DNA of 64,000 bases from Octopus sinensis (taxonomy: Eukaryota): the NCBI RefSeq assembly GCF_006345805.1, contig NC_043006.1, positions 17,980,001 through 18,044,000 on the forward strand, read 5' to 3'. The position numbers and the translations under genes were made by a program. The notes below the pieces were generated by a model. It was given only the letters and a program-made list of their open reading frames with translations, had not been told where the DNA came from and ran no database searches. Of the stretch, positions 26,310 through 39,399 are shown piece after piece (position 1 is the first letter of the stretch; each line of letters opens with the position of its first letter).

Positions 26310-26487
26310 GTATTAATTTACGGTAATATTATTACCTTTACCCATATAATACAATAGATGAACTGATTGTTTGACAATTTTTAACATCTATGTATTAATC
26401 TTGTTGGGTACCTATCTGGCAGTATATTGGATATATATTATCCCATGGTGGGTTGAATTTTCAACCCCTATCTCATTTTATATATAC

Positions 26488-26541
<54 letters not shown>

Positions 26542-26573
26542 TATATATATATAATATATATATATATATATTA

Positions 26574-26637
<64 letters not shown>

Positions 26638-26649
26638 TATATATATTAA

Positions 26650-27065
26650 GGCGGCGCGAACTGGCAGAAACGTTAGCACGCCGGATGAAATGCTTAGCGG
26701 TATTTCGTCTGTCGTTACGTTGTGAGTTCAAATTCCGCCGAGGTCAACTTTGCCTTTCATCCTTTCGGGGTCGATAAATTAAGTACCAGTTACGCTCTGG
26801 GGTCGATATAATCGACTTAATACCTATGTCTGTCCTTGTTTGTCCCCTCTATGTTTAGCCCCTTGTGGGTAATAAAGAAATAGGTATTGCGTCTGTCGTT
26901 GCGTTCTGAGTTCAAATTCCGCCGAGGTCGACTTTGCCTTTCATCCTTTCGGGGTCGATAAATTAAGTACCATTTACGCACTGGGGTCGATGTAATCAAC
27001 TTAATCCGTTTGTCTGTCCTTGTTTGTTCCCTCTATGTTTAGCCCCTGGTGGGCAATAAAGAAAC
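26650..27065 (+). mobile_element. SINE family B (dimeric body)
   Basis: Same layout as 22657-23073. Confidence 0.82.
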
Positions 27066-27217
27066 ATATATATATATTACGGAGATGTACTTGCATAGCA
27101 AGTGACCTGATCTGAGATCGTGTGCTGGAACGAAAACAATTGCAGAGTGGAAGGTGTTTATAAGTCATTTAAAAAACACACAAAAACCGTTAGATTCACT
27201 TCAACATTTAAACTTAA

Positions 27218-27268
27218 TTTGTCAAAATATTTTCGTCGCTTTGAGACCGCGACCTGTTCACCGACAAA
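27218..27268 (-). ncRNA. Hammerhead-like fold with G3-C8 swapped core
   Basis: UUUGUCG-GUGAACA-G-GUCGC(ggucucaaa)GCGAC-GAA-AAUAUU-U-UGACAAA: 7-bp stem I, perfect 5-bp stem II, palindromic stem III. Confidence 0.65.
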
Positions 27269-27683
27269 ACTTCGTGCTGCATATATATATATACACTTGA
27301 GTCCTATTTCTCCTGGCACTCCGTCGGTTACGGCGACGAGCGTTCCAGTTGATCCGATCAATAGAACAGCCTGCTCGTGAAATTAATATATATATATCAA
27401 GAAAAATGGATCAAGAGTCCTTTCCGAGTCATAGGCTCACAAGGCCGGTTTCCCATATTCTGTAATGTATATATCCCTACCCCGGGACAGGACATCGGTC
27501 CGTCACTGGATTACTCATTTTTAACATTGAGTGGACTGGAGCAACGTGAAATGAAGTGTTTTACTCAATACTACAACGCCTTGCCTGGTCCAGGTGTCGA
27601 AACCACAATCTTACCATCTCGAATGCAATACCCCAAACGCTAAGCCACACACACGCACACACACACACATTTAAATACGCAGG

Positions 27684-27767
<84 letters not shown>

Positions 27768-28285
27768 TAAGGGGTGAGAGAGATGACAAATATTGTGTTT
27801 TCCTCGCTGCATAAATATTTATAGTTACCTTATAAATGCGCCAGAGTAAAGGTGCGTAGCTTAGTGGTTAGAGTGTTGGACCCATGATAATAAAATTGTG
27901 GTTTCAATTCCTAGAGCGAGTGATGCATTGTGTTCTTCAGAAAAACACTTCATTTCACGGTGTTCCAGTCCTCTCGACTAGCAAAAATGAGTATTCAGGC
28001 GACGGAAACCGGTAAACTGGAAAACAATTCACATGAGTCGATAAAACTCGAGAAGAAGCTTTATCCTATTATCGTTCCATGTATTTAATATACTACAACA
28101 GACTTAACAAAATTCACCGATTAAAAACATAAAGTACAGAGGTCAATACATTCAACTACAGTTTTTCAAGGTGGTGCCCCAGCATGGTCACAGTCTAATG
28201 ACTGAAACAAGTAAAAGGTAGAATATATTAAGGTTTATCGAATAATCTTTTGACTATTATGGTGCTCCAGGCTGTATATCATTCT

Positions 28286-28950
28286 TATTTCTTTACTGCC
28301 CACAAGGAACTACACACAGAGGGAACAAACAAGGACAGACAAACGGATTAAGTCGATTATATCGACCCCAGTGTATAACTGGTACTGATTTAATCGCCCC
28401 CGAAAGGATGAAAGGCAAAGTCGACCTCGGCGGAATTTGAACTCAGAACGTAGCGGCAGACGAAATACCTATTTCTTTATTACCCACAAGGGGCTAAACA
28501 CAGAGGGGAAAAACAAGGACAGACAAACGGATTAAGTCGATTATATTGACCCCGGTGTGTAACTGGTACTTATTTAATCGACCCCGAAAAGATGAAAGGC
28601 AAAGTCGACCTCAGTGGAATTTGAACTCAGAACGTAGCGGCAGACGAAATACCGCAAAGCATTTCACCCGGCGTGCTAACGTTTCTGCCAACTCTCCGCC
28701 TTCCAGGCTGTATATCACTATTATAGTCAATTTTAAGGTGGCGAACTAGCAGAACCGTTAGCACACCGTACAAAATTCTTAGTGGCATTTCGTCCCGCTT
28801 TACATTCTGAGCTCAATTTCAACCGATGTCGACTTCGTCTTTTATCCTCCCGGGGTCAATAAAATAAGCACCAGTCAAGTATTGAGGTCGATGTAGCTGG
28901 CTTTCCTATCTCCTCAAAAATTGCTGGTCATGTCCTGGAATTTGAAACTA
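28286..28950. mobile_element. SINE family B: minus dimeric copy (28286-28700) back to back with a degraded plus copy (28738-28950)
   Basis: Family B sequence on both strands. Confidence 0.78.
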
Positions 28951-29344
28951 TTACTATAACCAATTTTGTGATTGGGTGGTTTTTCTTTTATAATATTGTA
29001 TTAATTCGTTTAGTTTTATTATTCTATATATTGAATGGTTGTTTTATTTAACGATTCGTTTTCTTGGGTAATTCAATTCCCCACATCGTCTGCTATTACA
29101 CATCCACTACAACTTTACACTGGTAGATTGATAAAACACCAAGTTTACTACTATATTTAATGAAACAGAAAATACATTTATTCAAGTGATATTGTATGAA
29201 TCTGAAAATATTTTTTGTTGTGTCTGCGGATAATAATTGGATTTTGTAAGGGTGATAACAAAAATCAATGCAGTTAATTATAAATTTGAAGAACTTACGG
29301 TCAATGTCCTATAAGAGTACACGAAGGGTAAGAGAATCCGTTAA

Positions 29345-31127
29345 GTTAGTGGTTCTCAGGCTGAACGACGGGAACTAAGCCAGTGTTTTCAGGATCTACG
29401 AGAAGAAAGAGACATTCTTAAACCAGTTGTTCCGAGCTTCGATAAGGCAAAAGAAAAAAATCTTTAGGGCAAAGGTTCTCAGTTTGAATGAGAGAAAAGA
29501 AAAGTTCTAGGGGCAGTTTTCATGACAGAAACAGGAAACCTGAAGCCAGTGGACAAGAGGAAAAAGGACTCTTGTGGTCATTAGGTCTCAGGTTGAGTTG
29601 GAGGAAAGCGATAACTTCCGGCTAATGGATCTCAAGTTGAACAAAAAGAAAGAGAAGTTCCGAAGCTAGGTACAGTGGATCACAGTTTGAAAGAGTAGGC
29701 TTTAGTACAGTAGTTTTCCTTTTGACCAAGAATAGAGAAAATTCGTCAGGGCAGTGGTTCCTAGTTCTGCTGAGAGGATGAATTTGTTCTTAGGGCAGTG
29801 GCTGTCAGTTTAAACGAGAGGAAATAGGAGTCATGAAGTAAGTAGCTGTCCCGGTTGACTGAAAGAAAAAAAGGAATAATGAGGGTAGTGTTTCTCAGAT
29901 TAAACAAGACAGTGGTGTTCTGGAGCCTGTGGGTCTCAGTTTGAACGAGAAGAAATTGGTGTCCTGAGGTGAGTGATTTGCGGGTCTAACGAGAGGAAAG
30001 GGGTGTCTTTAGAACAGATATTGTCAGTTTGACAGAGAAAAAGAAAGAACACTTAGAGTAGTATTCACAATTCGAATGAGAAGAAAGTGTCTTTCTCGGG
30101 TTGATCGAGAAGAAAACGGTCCCGTGGATGATGGTCCTCAGATTGAACGGAAGAAAATTGTGTGTTTAGAGCAGTTTTTGTCAGTTCTCATCTGAAGAGA
30201 ATGGAATCCTGAGGCAAATGGCTTTCTGACTGACCGAAACGAATGAGGAATCCTATGGGCAGTGTTTTTCAGGTTAAAGAAGAGGAAAGAAGATTCCTTG
30301 GGGTAAGAGTTTTCCGGTTGAACAAAAAGGAAAGGTAAGTTCTAAAGTCAATATTTCTCAGGTTCATCGAAAAAACAAAGAGGAGTTCTTAAGTAGTGGT
30401 TCTCAAGTTGAATGTAAGGAAAGGGGAATCTTTTGAGCAGTAGTTTTCAGGTTGAACAGATGGATGGAGGAATTTTTGGTCCTCCGTTCCCAAATTGAAC
30501 GAGAAGTGGAGTCCTTACACAAATGTTTCTTACATGTATGGGAAAAAAAGTTTCATTAGGCCATTGGTTCTGAGGAAGGAAAGTGGATTTATTAGGGCAG
30601 TGTTCCTCAGTTTGATCGAGAGTAAAGAGAAGCCCTTAATGCAGTGATCCTCAGTTGACCAAGAGGGAGAAGATTTTAGGATTGTGGTTTTGAAGGTGAA
30701 TAAGATTTTTTCAGCATGAACACAAGGAAAAAGGAATCCTGGGGCCGGTAGTTGTCAAGTAGAATGAAAGAAAGGAAATGGAAGTTCTTAGGACAGTTCT
30801 TGTCAAGTTACACAACAGGAAAGAGGAATCCTGAAGCCAATGATTCTCAGATCAAATGCGAAGACAGTGAAGTTCTTAGACCAGTGGTTTTCAGGTTGAT
30901 TGTGAGGGAATAAGAACCATGAGAGGGAAAATGAGCCCACGGGACAGTGGTTCTAAAGTTGAATGAGAGAAAACTGAATCCTTGAGAAATGGTTCTCAAG
31001 TTAACCGGGAGTAAAGACAAGTTCGTATGTCAGTTGTTCTCCGGCAGAATGAAAGAAAAGAGGCGTCCTTAAACCAGTGCTTCTCAAACTGAATGAGAGA
31101 CAAGATGAGTCCTGAAGCACACCAGAC
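29345..31127 (+). repeat. Degenerate ~44-bp tandem array, about 40 units
   Basis: Approximate consensus CAGTGGTTCTCAGGTTGAACGAGAGGAAAGAGGAGTCCTTAGGG. Unit starts at 29708, 29752, 29796, 29840, 29886, 29927, 29971. No ORF of 60 aa or more in the supplied track. Confidence 0.88.
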
Positions 31128-31614
31128 AAAATGCTTAGCGGCATTTTGTTCGTTTTCACGTTCTGAATTCAAATTATACCGAGGTAGACTTTGCCTCTTA
31201 TTCTTTCAGGGTCGATAAAATAAGTACCAGTTGAACACCGGGATCGATGTAATCGACTTATTCCCTGCCCGAAATTGCTGACTTTGTGTCAAAATTTGAA
31301 ACCATTATTATAATTATTATCGGCACTCATTGTTATTATCATAAACCAGTTAAAACTTTCCTCTTACAACAAAACAATATCCCACTAATCATTTGTAGAA
31401 CCGGTACTGATATGAACGTATGGGATACTTGACTGACCTGTAAAGGAAATCTGCTGTATAAATATTAAATCCCGCAGGGTCTTGACATTTAGTGCAAATC
31501 TCTGTAGAAACAAGAGACTATTAATGCATCACTGCTTCGAAATTTGCAGCCTCTTTACTCTGCTTAGAAATTAACATTTACACCTATAATTATTTGTGCA
31601 CTTGATCATTATTA

Positions 31615-31708
<94 letters not shown>

Positions 31709-31709
<1 letters not shown>

Positions 31710-32145
31710 GAGTGAGAGAGCAGTGCATGCCATCAATGTGACACTGGGGTAAAATATACAAAGCCCAGTATACCCATCATGACTACCCGTCTAATAACGG
31801 TACACTAGGCACATGCATCACAACTATATGTGCGCGACATGGTGACCTCATATCAAGATAAACAGCGCATGACCTTGCAGGTGGGGTCCAGTTAGAATTT
31901 TCTTCTGGTCGAGTAACCCACCTCGCTCGAAAGGTCCCTGAACAAGGGTTGTTTAAGGATGTTGAACAAAACACCCATGTTTCCAGAGGTTAATAATTCA
32001 AACCCCACCCCCACAGAATCCTTCTCAACACATGGCTATGATGCTCCCCCACTACTTCTGCTCGTGATCAGAGATGTAGATATCGTCAGCCACTAAGGGA
32101 CATGGTCAACTGGTTAAGGTCAAACAACTGACAAGCAAATCTGTG

Positions 32146-32147
<2 letters not shown>
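31709..32147 (-). mobile_element. Non-coding retroposon-like element inserted in (TAA)n, copy 2
   Basis: Reverse complement of 1851-2336 with the same 3' terminus and a shorter 5' end; long (ATT)n on both sides. Confidence 0.72.
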
Positions 32148-32191
<44 letters not shown>

Positions 32192-33900
32192 CAATTGTTT
32201 AAAAGACAATCTGGAAATGGTTGTATATTCAATCAAGAAGGAGACACGCACTTTACACATAATCTTTAGGTGGAACAGCAAAAATATGCAAGCCTTTTCT
32301 AAAGTTCAACACGTAATATTATTGTTGTTATTATCCAACGACGGAGCTTTATTTCTTTCTTACAAATTCTTAGAAACCAAGTCCTTCTTTGCAAAAAGAA
32401 TTCCGATTAAAAGCAAAAAGATGCACACACACACACTTACATATACACACAGATATTTGTATCCTCTATTATTCTATCTTTTAATGGTGAATATGAACAC
32501 TCTGCTGTATTTTCAAACTATATTACTTGAGGCACTGCAGGTTATTTTTGACCGACTATATCGACTCCAGCGCTTATTTAAGTCTATTTCTATATTTTCT
32601 GAATTCACAATTTAAAACAATCACATCATACGTACATACATACATACATACATACATACATACATACATACATACATACATACATACATACATACGCACA
32701 CAAACACACACATATGTATACGTATATATATCCTGCAAATACCCAGCGCTTAAGTCTATTTCTATATTTTTCTGAATTCACAATTTAAAACAATTACATC
32801 ATTGACTCAATACATACATACATACATACATACATACATACATACATACATACACACGCACACAAACACATGCATACACACCTATGTATATGTATATATA
32901 TCGTGCAAACGTACAAAAAAAGACAAAAGCCTAGACAGGTGAGGGAACAACAAATAAGGTGTATTAGTTTGACGCTCAGGAAAAATAGAAAAGTCTTTGA
33001 CATTTCGAACCTATTCTCTTCATATAAACAATCTATATTTCTACTGAACTTTTGTCCATTTAATTTTTATCTTCACGGGTAAATTAATGTTTTAATTAGT
33101 TAATCTTAATTTAAAATGCTATCACATGAGCTGTCAATGTCGTGTAGCTAGGAAATTCGTTTTTTAATCATGTGTTTCTGGGTTCGGTCCGGTGCGGCTT
33201 TGGTTGTTCAGCGCACATAAAAACTTAAATTTGTCAGCTCTCCAACGGTAAAGTCCAACACGATCCTTACTTTCCTGGATAACTTTTAAATTTTTAGGGA
33301 TACAAATTCACTACTACAATTATAGCTGTCTCAAGCTACCTATGACCCTACTCTCTATATATAATTAGAGAAACAAACCTCTATCCGTGTTGTATGTCTC
33401 TCATTTTCTCTTCTACTTCTGTCTATCACGTCTTCCTTTTTCTCAATAAAACCATTTCTCATGCGTTTTTGTCCTCCGCACATGCTTATATATCAATATC
33501 GAAAGACTGTATTTCATATGACATCTTTCAGCGCCAATAAATGTTTTCGTACTACCTCTAATACCACCAACTACCGCACCATTCCCACCATCATTACGGT
33601 GAACGTGACATCATTGTACAGCATGACGGATACATATGTGATTATGGTATTAATTGTAACACTAGTGGCAGTAGTGATAGTGAAAAGTACTCACACTCGT
33701 TTTTACATCCCTTCCCTTTTTTTTATTCTTCCATACAGTTTTTTTCTCTATCACACATGCATACACACATATATATCAACGCGTGCAAATGTATGAATGT
33801 GGTTTGTTTCATGCTACATGCATGTCAACAACTGCTTCAATAACTCTCTCTCTTTCCCTCTCTCCCTCTTTCTCTTTCTTGTTTTGTCTATCTGCCTTGG

Positions 33901-34287
33901 GTGGAGGCGCAATGGCCCAGTGGTTAGGGCAGCGGACTCGCGGTCGTAGGATCGCGGTTTCGATTCCCAGACCGGGCGTTGTGAGTGTTTATTGAGCGAA
34001 AACACCTAAAAGCTCCACGAGGCTCCGGCAGGGGATGGTGGTGATCCCTGCTGTACTCTTTCACCACAACTTTCTCTCACTCTTACTTCCTGTTTCTGTT
34101 GTACCTGTATTTCAAAGGGCCGGCCTTGTCGCTCTCTGTGTCACGCTGAATATCCCCGAGAACTACGTTAAGAGTACACGTGTCTGTGGAGTGCTCAGCC
34201 ACTTACACGTTAATTTCACGAGCAGGCTGTTCCGTTGATCGGATCAACCGGAACCCTCGTCGTTGGAACCGACGGAGTGCTTCCATC
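33901..34287 (+). mobile_element. Full-length tRNA(Arg)-like-headed SINE with (ATC)n tail
   Basis: A box TGGCCCAGTGG, B box GTTTCGATTCC, 11-bp TSD ATCTGCCTTGG (33890-33900 / 34288-34298). Fragments of the family at 13030-13090, 27300-27385 and 56400-56560. Confidence 0.88.
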
Positions 34288-34819
34288 ATCTGCCTTGGTC
34301 AAATCCAAACTGCAGGCTTGCTGGTGGTTGACGAATCCGACGCAAAACTAACGAGGTCCGGCAGTTGTAAAGAAACGTCTTTGCTGAGTTCGATGTTACT
34401 TAGTTACGGTTCTTTTCAGTTTTCTTTCGACCTCAAGGTCAACCCTGAGTACTTTCTCGAAAGACGAAATAGAATACTAAGTAGTGTGTCTTCATGGTAA
34501 ATATATTTATTTTAGTCACCACACTTGGGTGAATACTTATCTCGCTCTTTCACACACACACACATACATGTACATGCATACATAATACACATACACGTAC
34601 ACACGCATGCCGCACCCACACACATGAACACGTACACAGAAAACTCCCCAGAACACCACCTAGAGAATAGATAACACTTGATACTTCAATTACACATAAT
34701 ATATATATATGTATATTATATGTCTTGGTGAGCTAATCGTATCCTCTTCAAAGTGCTGAGACCAGGAAATTAGATAGTCTTTGCTGATCAAATGATCGTC
34801 ATTAATTGGGTGATAAGTT

Positions 34820-34850
<31 letters not shown>

Positions 34851-35340
34851 TGTGTGTGTGTGTTCGCGCATGCGCGTGTTTAACAAACTGGATTGATTCA
34901 ATATTTATCCATTCAAAGAAGTGGTCTTTACAAACATTCAGCTTTTTCTTTTTGTTAAATGACTTCGTTCATAAAAGTATCTTTGTGGGGGAAAAACTGT
35001 GTATGAAACGGAAATTAAACTATTGCTCACGTGGCTTAATAAACTACACACACACACACACACAAAGTAAAATACGCGCAAATAAACCCACGCACGCATA
35101 CACACTCACTAGCAAACAGGCTCACACACGCACTCACATAAGCGCATTCCACACAAACACACGCATCGGAATATGCACGTAACTGTTCACAAATATTTTT
35201 TTCATGTCCTTATATAGATATTTAACGTGCATATATCGTGCTAACGAATGTTGAAATTCCCAAAGGAATGAATTTCTATAATTTTAAATGTTGCTTCTTT
35301 TACACCTACCTCGATATACGAACATAGAAAAGCTCGCGTG

Positions 35341-35372
<32 letters not shown>

Positions 35373-35469
35373 ACGGGAAGCTTTATGAAAATAAACAAAA
35401 GACGAAGGCAGGTGGAATATAAACAAACAATTGTATTAGTATGGCGGTCAGGAATATAAATAAAACAAG

Positions 35470-35507
35470 TCTTTTACGTTTCGAGCCTACGCTCTTCAAC
35501 AGAAAGA
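35470..35507 (-). ncRNA. Minimal hammerhead-like fold with U6 core (CUGUUGA)
   Basis: UCUUU-CUGUUGA-A-GAGC(GUAG)GCUC-GAA-AC/GU-A-AAAGA. Sister copies with CUGUAGA at 7901-7936 and 61016-61051; decayed copies at ~21515-21545 and ~32995-33035. Confidence 0.62.
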
Positions 35508-38301
35508 TACACAGAAAAGAAACAAGGAGAGAAACAAGGAGAGAAAAAAAAATGCGTGCAGAAGCTAGCGAATCAACATGGCGATATATATATAGATATA
35601 TATATATATATATAATATATATATATATATAAAGAGAGAGAGAGAGAGAGAGAGAGTACGTGTGTCCACGTGTTTTGCGCACATGCATGCGTATTCGTTC
35701 AATGTTTGCAATACTTCTTCACTTACAACGATTCTAGCAGGTAGCTGAATCATTTCACTGGTTTCTGGTGCTTACCATTTACCTTCTGGCTGTTCGTTAA
35801 GAGTCTCTCAGCGCCGATCATCTCTATTGTTGTGCATTCCTAGCTATAACGATGCGTTTACAACTTAACCAATTCTCCCAACTCCATTCATCAAAGAAAT
35901 ACCATTCTTTCATTTGCATCGCATCTCCTAATATGAATGTGTCACTCTCGTCACAACCTCCAGCATTTTTTTCTTTTGATATTCTTTGAACAGTTTCTTT
36001 GCTCTCTGCTTTCTTCTCTTACTTACAATCGTACCAATACCACTCTCTATAATTCATATAATTTACGCCGATATGTTTTGTCTCAGATTTTTTTTAAACT
36101 AAATACATTGCAATACATACCTCGGTGGCTGACATTTTCAGTTCAAATCTTACTGGCGCTAGACTTAGCTTTTTAACTCTCTTATATTCTATAATGCAAA
36201 ACAAGAGACTGTATAGTTTTTCCTTGTAAAATAAAAGCGCTTTATCTATAAAAATTCGCAATATTTATTTCTTATCTTTTTCCCATTCCTCTATTCTCAT
36301 TTCCCATTTTCAAACATACTCTTCTCTACTTATTCGCTATTAAATATATCCCTTTCTACTTATTTGCTATTAAGCATATTTCTTTGTACTTGTTTGCTAT
36401 TATCACAAAGTTTTGTTCACAGTTTTCTTATCTGTATACATACTTCTATCCAGGTTTTCCTTTCTTTCGCATATTCTCACACGTATCATTTGTTTTGCTC
36501 TGTACAAAGGAATCTGTAACAGAAGCTCTTAACATTAATCACTGCCATTCATATTCAATAAATATGAAGAACAACGTAATGAAGCTCCTGAAAAGAACGG
36601 AGTTCACAACCTGGTTTTCAGTTCTATTTGTAGTTATTTTACTTCACATACTTTCACTACTAAATACACATGTGTAGTTGTGACAAAAGACTTGTTAGTT
36701 TATATACATTATTTATTGTTATCATATTACAAAGTTTCGTGCAATACATGCAGAGTTAATCTTATATGAACATTGTACTTTTCAGATGTCGAAGATCTTC
36801 ACCAAAAAGTTGATAATTAGGCCGATTTTACACATTGCTGCATAGTCGTATGGTCATGTTAATTCATCATCCATCTCCGTGTTGAGTATAGAGCTGTAAA
36901 AACAGCTACTAGGTAATCGCGCTGGATTGAGTGTAGATTGTGAAAATAGCTATAGAGAGGAATCCACCGGGTACCAAATTCAACGAAGTCCGAATTTACC
37001 TTGCTTTTTCACGTTGAAAACTGCCGTATTTAAGGCCTCCGTTGATAGAAGGTTTTAAGGATTATCACATAAACCAAAAAGTTCTGACTGGCTGAAATAG
37101 GGTCTGCACGCATGACAAACTCGCGATTCATTTGTCGAAAATAGGGTCGTCCGCCAGTTTTGATTGTTAGTGTTATTCATACTCTTCAATAAACTGAATC
37201 CCTACTCGAGAAATAAACGTGTAAGTGATTGAGTATTCCACAGACACGTGTTTTCAAAATAATTCTCAGCTTTGATTAATGTGATTAAGCAAGTTTTTTT
37301 AATTACATTTACAATCCAGAGAGAAATTATAATCTCAAAAAATATCTCCTGAATAACTTTCGTTCTCTTGTTTTTCCTGCTGCAGTACGTTTATATTCAT
37401 ATTCAATCTACGGTCGTTATTTCTCTCAATGAAAAAAAATTAATATATGCATTTGAAACAGACTCATTAAAACGTCTTTATGTGATACATTATAATGTCT
37501 CTACGAACATGGAGCGGAAGTAGATGTAAAATTTTATCACAAGTCTTTCAGAAAGTTTCTCCGAGACTAAATATAACAGCTAATGTCGTTCCATGTTTGC
37601 ATATACATTATAAATGCCACAGGGCTTTTTTTTTTCTTTCTTTTCCCAATATTCTAAAGATTCTGAGAATTCATAGCCTTTAGTAATTTCTGATTTAGGC
37701 ACAAGGCCAGCAGTTTTGAAGGCCAGAGACACCACTCCAAGTATTTAACCGGTACTTTGTTTTATCGACCCCGAAAAGATGAAAAGCAAAGTTGACCCCG
37801 ATGGAATTTTACCTCAGGAAACAAAGAGGAGGATCAAATACCGCTCATATGATTGTGCTAACTGGCCGTCTTAATTTGCATATTTATTGTGAGATTTAAA
37901 TCAACAGTGCGGAAATTTATGGTTTTAAATTATTTCTGAATTCCGGAAAATTAATTAATTTAAAATAAAATCATTTCAGAAGTAAAGATAATTAAAAACA
38001 AAATGGTTGATAGGAACTCGAGACAGACACCCGTAATATGGAGAATAATAGCCAATTAGCAGACTAATTAATAATCATGTCTTTAAAATTAGTTCACTAC
38101 AAGCATTCATTTAACATATGAATAGATCTCAAACTAATTTTCTCAGCGATTATTTTTCTTAATATGCTAATTTTCCCATCTACTAATACCTTAGTGATTC
38201 TTTTATCAATACTCTGGTAGTAAGATGTGATCTGCTCTTCGCTGAGGAGGTCTCATACAACCGGAACATGCCCGAAATTGGTTTTTGTACTAACCGAAAT
38301 G

Positions 38302-38719
38302 GGATCTTTTCGGTTTGAACGGCAGTTTTTAACATAATTTCTAGGTAACTAAAAAATTTTAAACTTCGTATACTGGTAGAATGTGTTTATAAAACATCTT
38401 TTTCTCATGGCTTTATTGAGAAAATTCTATAGTTTGTAAGATATTTGTTGTTTTTTCTTCAATTTCTGCAATTTCAACCAATCAATGACGTCTATTGAGG
38501 TAAAAAAAAACCATTCTGTGCCGTATGAATATGTCTCTCGTTTAAGAAACAGATTGGGTTTATTTACATTTGTGAAGAAAAAAAGATACCCTTCCACCAC
38601 CCCTAACATTAACCCTAAAACAGATTGAAATGCAATAGATCGATACTAGGGTCATAATTATGGGTGACAATTTCATATGACACCGCTAGAAAAAACTGCC
38701 GTTCAAACCTAAAAGATCC
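38302..38719. mobile_element. Merlin-type MITE, copy 2 (opposite orientation to copy 1)
   Basis: Same TIRs and internal sequence; 8-bp TSD CCGAAATG / CCGGAATG. Confidence 0.82.
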
Positions 38720-39399
38720 CCGGAATGAATAAAATAATATCAACTACTGAGCTATGTCTTTTCTTCGCAGCATAATAATTTTAAAACTTGCTATTGAATA
38801 GTCTTACATTTAAAATATCAGCATTACCCGTTTAAGCTGATTTATATACAATGGAAATGAAAGAACTGATAAACTTTGTGTTAATCTTTCTGGTCGCTGT
38901 AAACGAATCTTCACTAATCTTCCACCTACAAATGATTATATCTTGGCTGAAAACTCATTTGTTGAACATTTTGAATCAGCGCATATGCTGATTTCGATAT
39001 TTACATAGAATTCTCATTAAAGATATTACAAGATATTATCGATAGAGCATTTCTAGTACATAACTCATTCAATTACCTGATCATAGAGCTTCAGCAGCAA
39101 TTCTCAGTATGCAATTTTGCTGTGTCTTTGAGCAGAACACACTGTACTCTATTATATCCAATGAGCTATGAAAGGATTTTTCTCGGAAAAGACGCCATAA
39201 GGAGATCTCATACAATCGGATCATGTCTGGAATTGTTTGTCATGAAAATTTAAATGATTTGTTCTGCTTATCGAAACAAGTGTATAGATTAAATAATTAT
39301 CTTACTTTTTTTCACAACGCACATAAAACAGACATGTGGCCTGGTTTTATTTTGTATAGTCTAAAAAATCACTGTATTACAAGGAAATAGGAGGGATAG

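Noticed and set aside
29345-31127. CRISPR-like repeat-spacer array
   Set aside because: The variable parts are homologous to each other, the conserved part is itself degenerate, there are no cas genes, and the context is eukaryotic.
33903-33976. Functional tRNA-Arg gene
   Set aside because: It is the head of a SINE bounded by TSDs and lacks a proper acceptor stem.
36783-36820. Acceptor followed by DVEDLHQKVDN* as a terminal micro-exon
   Set aside because: Too short to distinguish from chance; no linked exon.
38240-38295. CTGAGGA...CGAAA hammerhead candidate
   Set aside because: No stem I partner, a poor stem II, and the related copy at ~39198 lacks the core.
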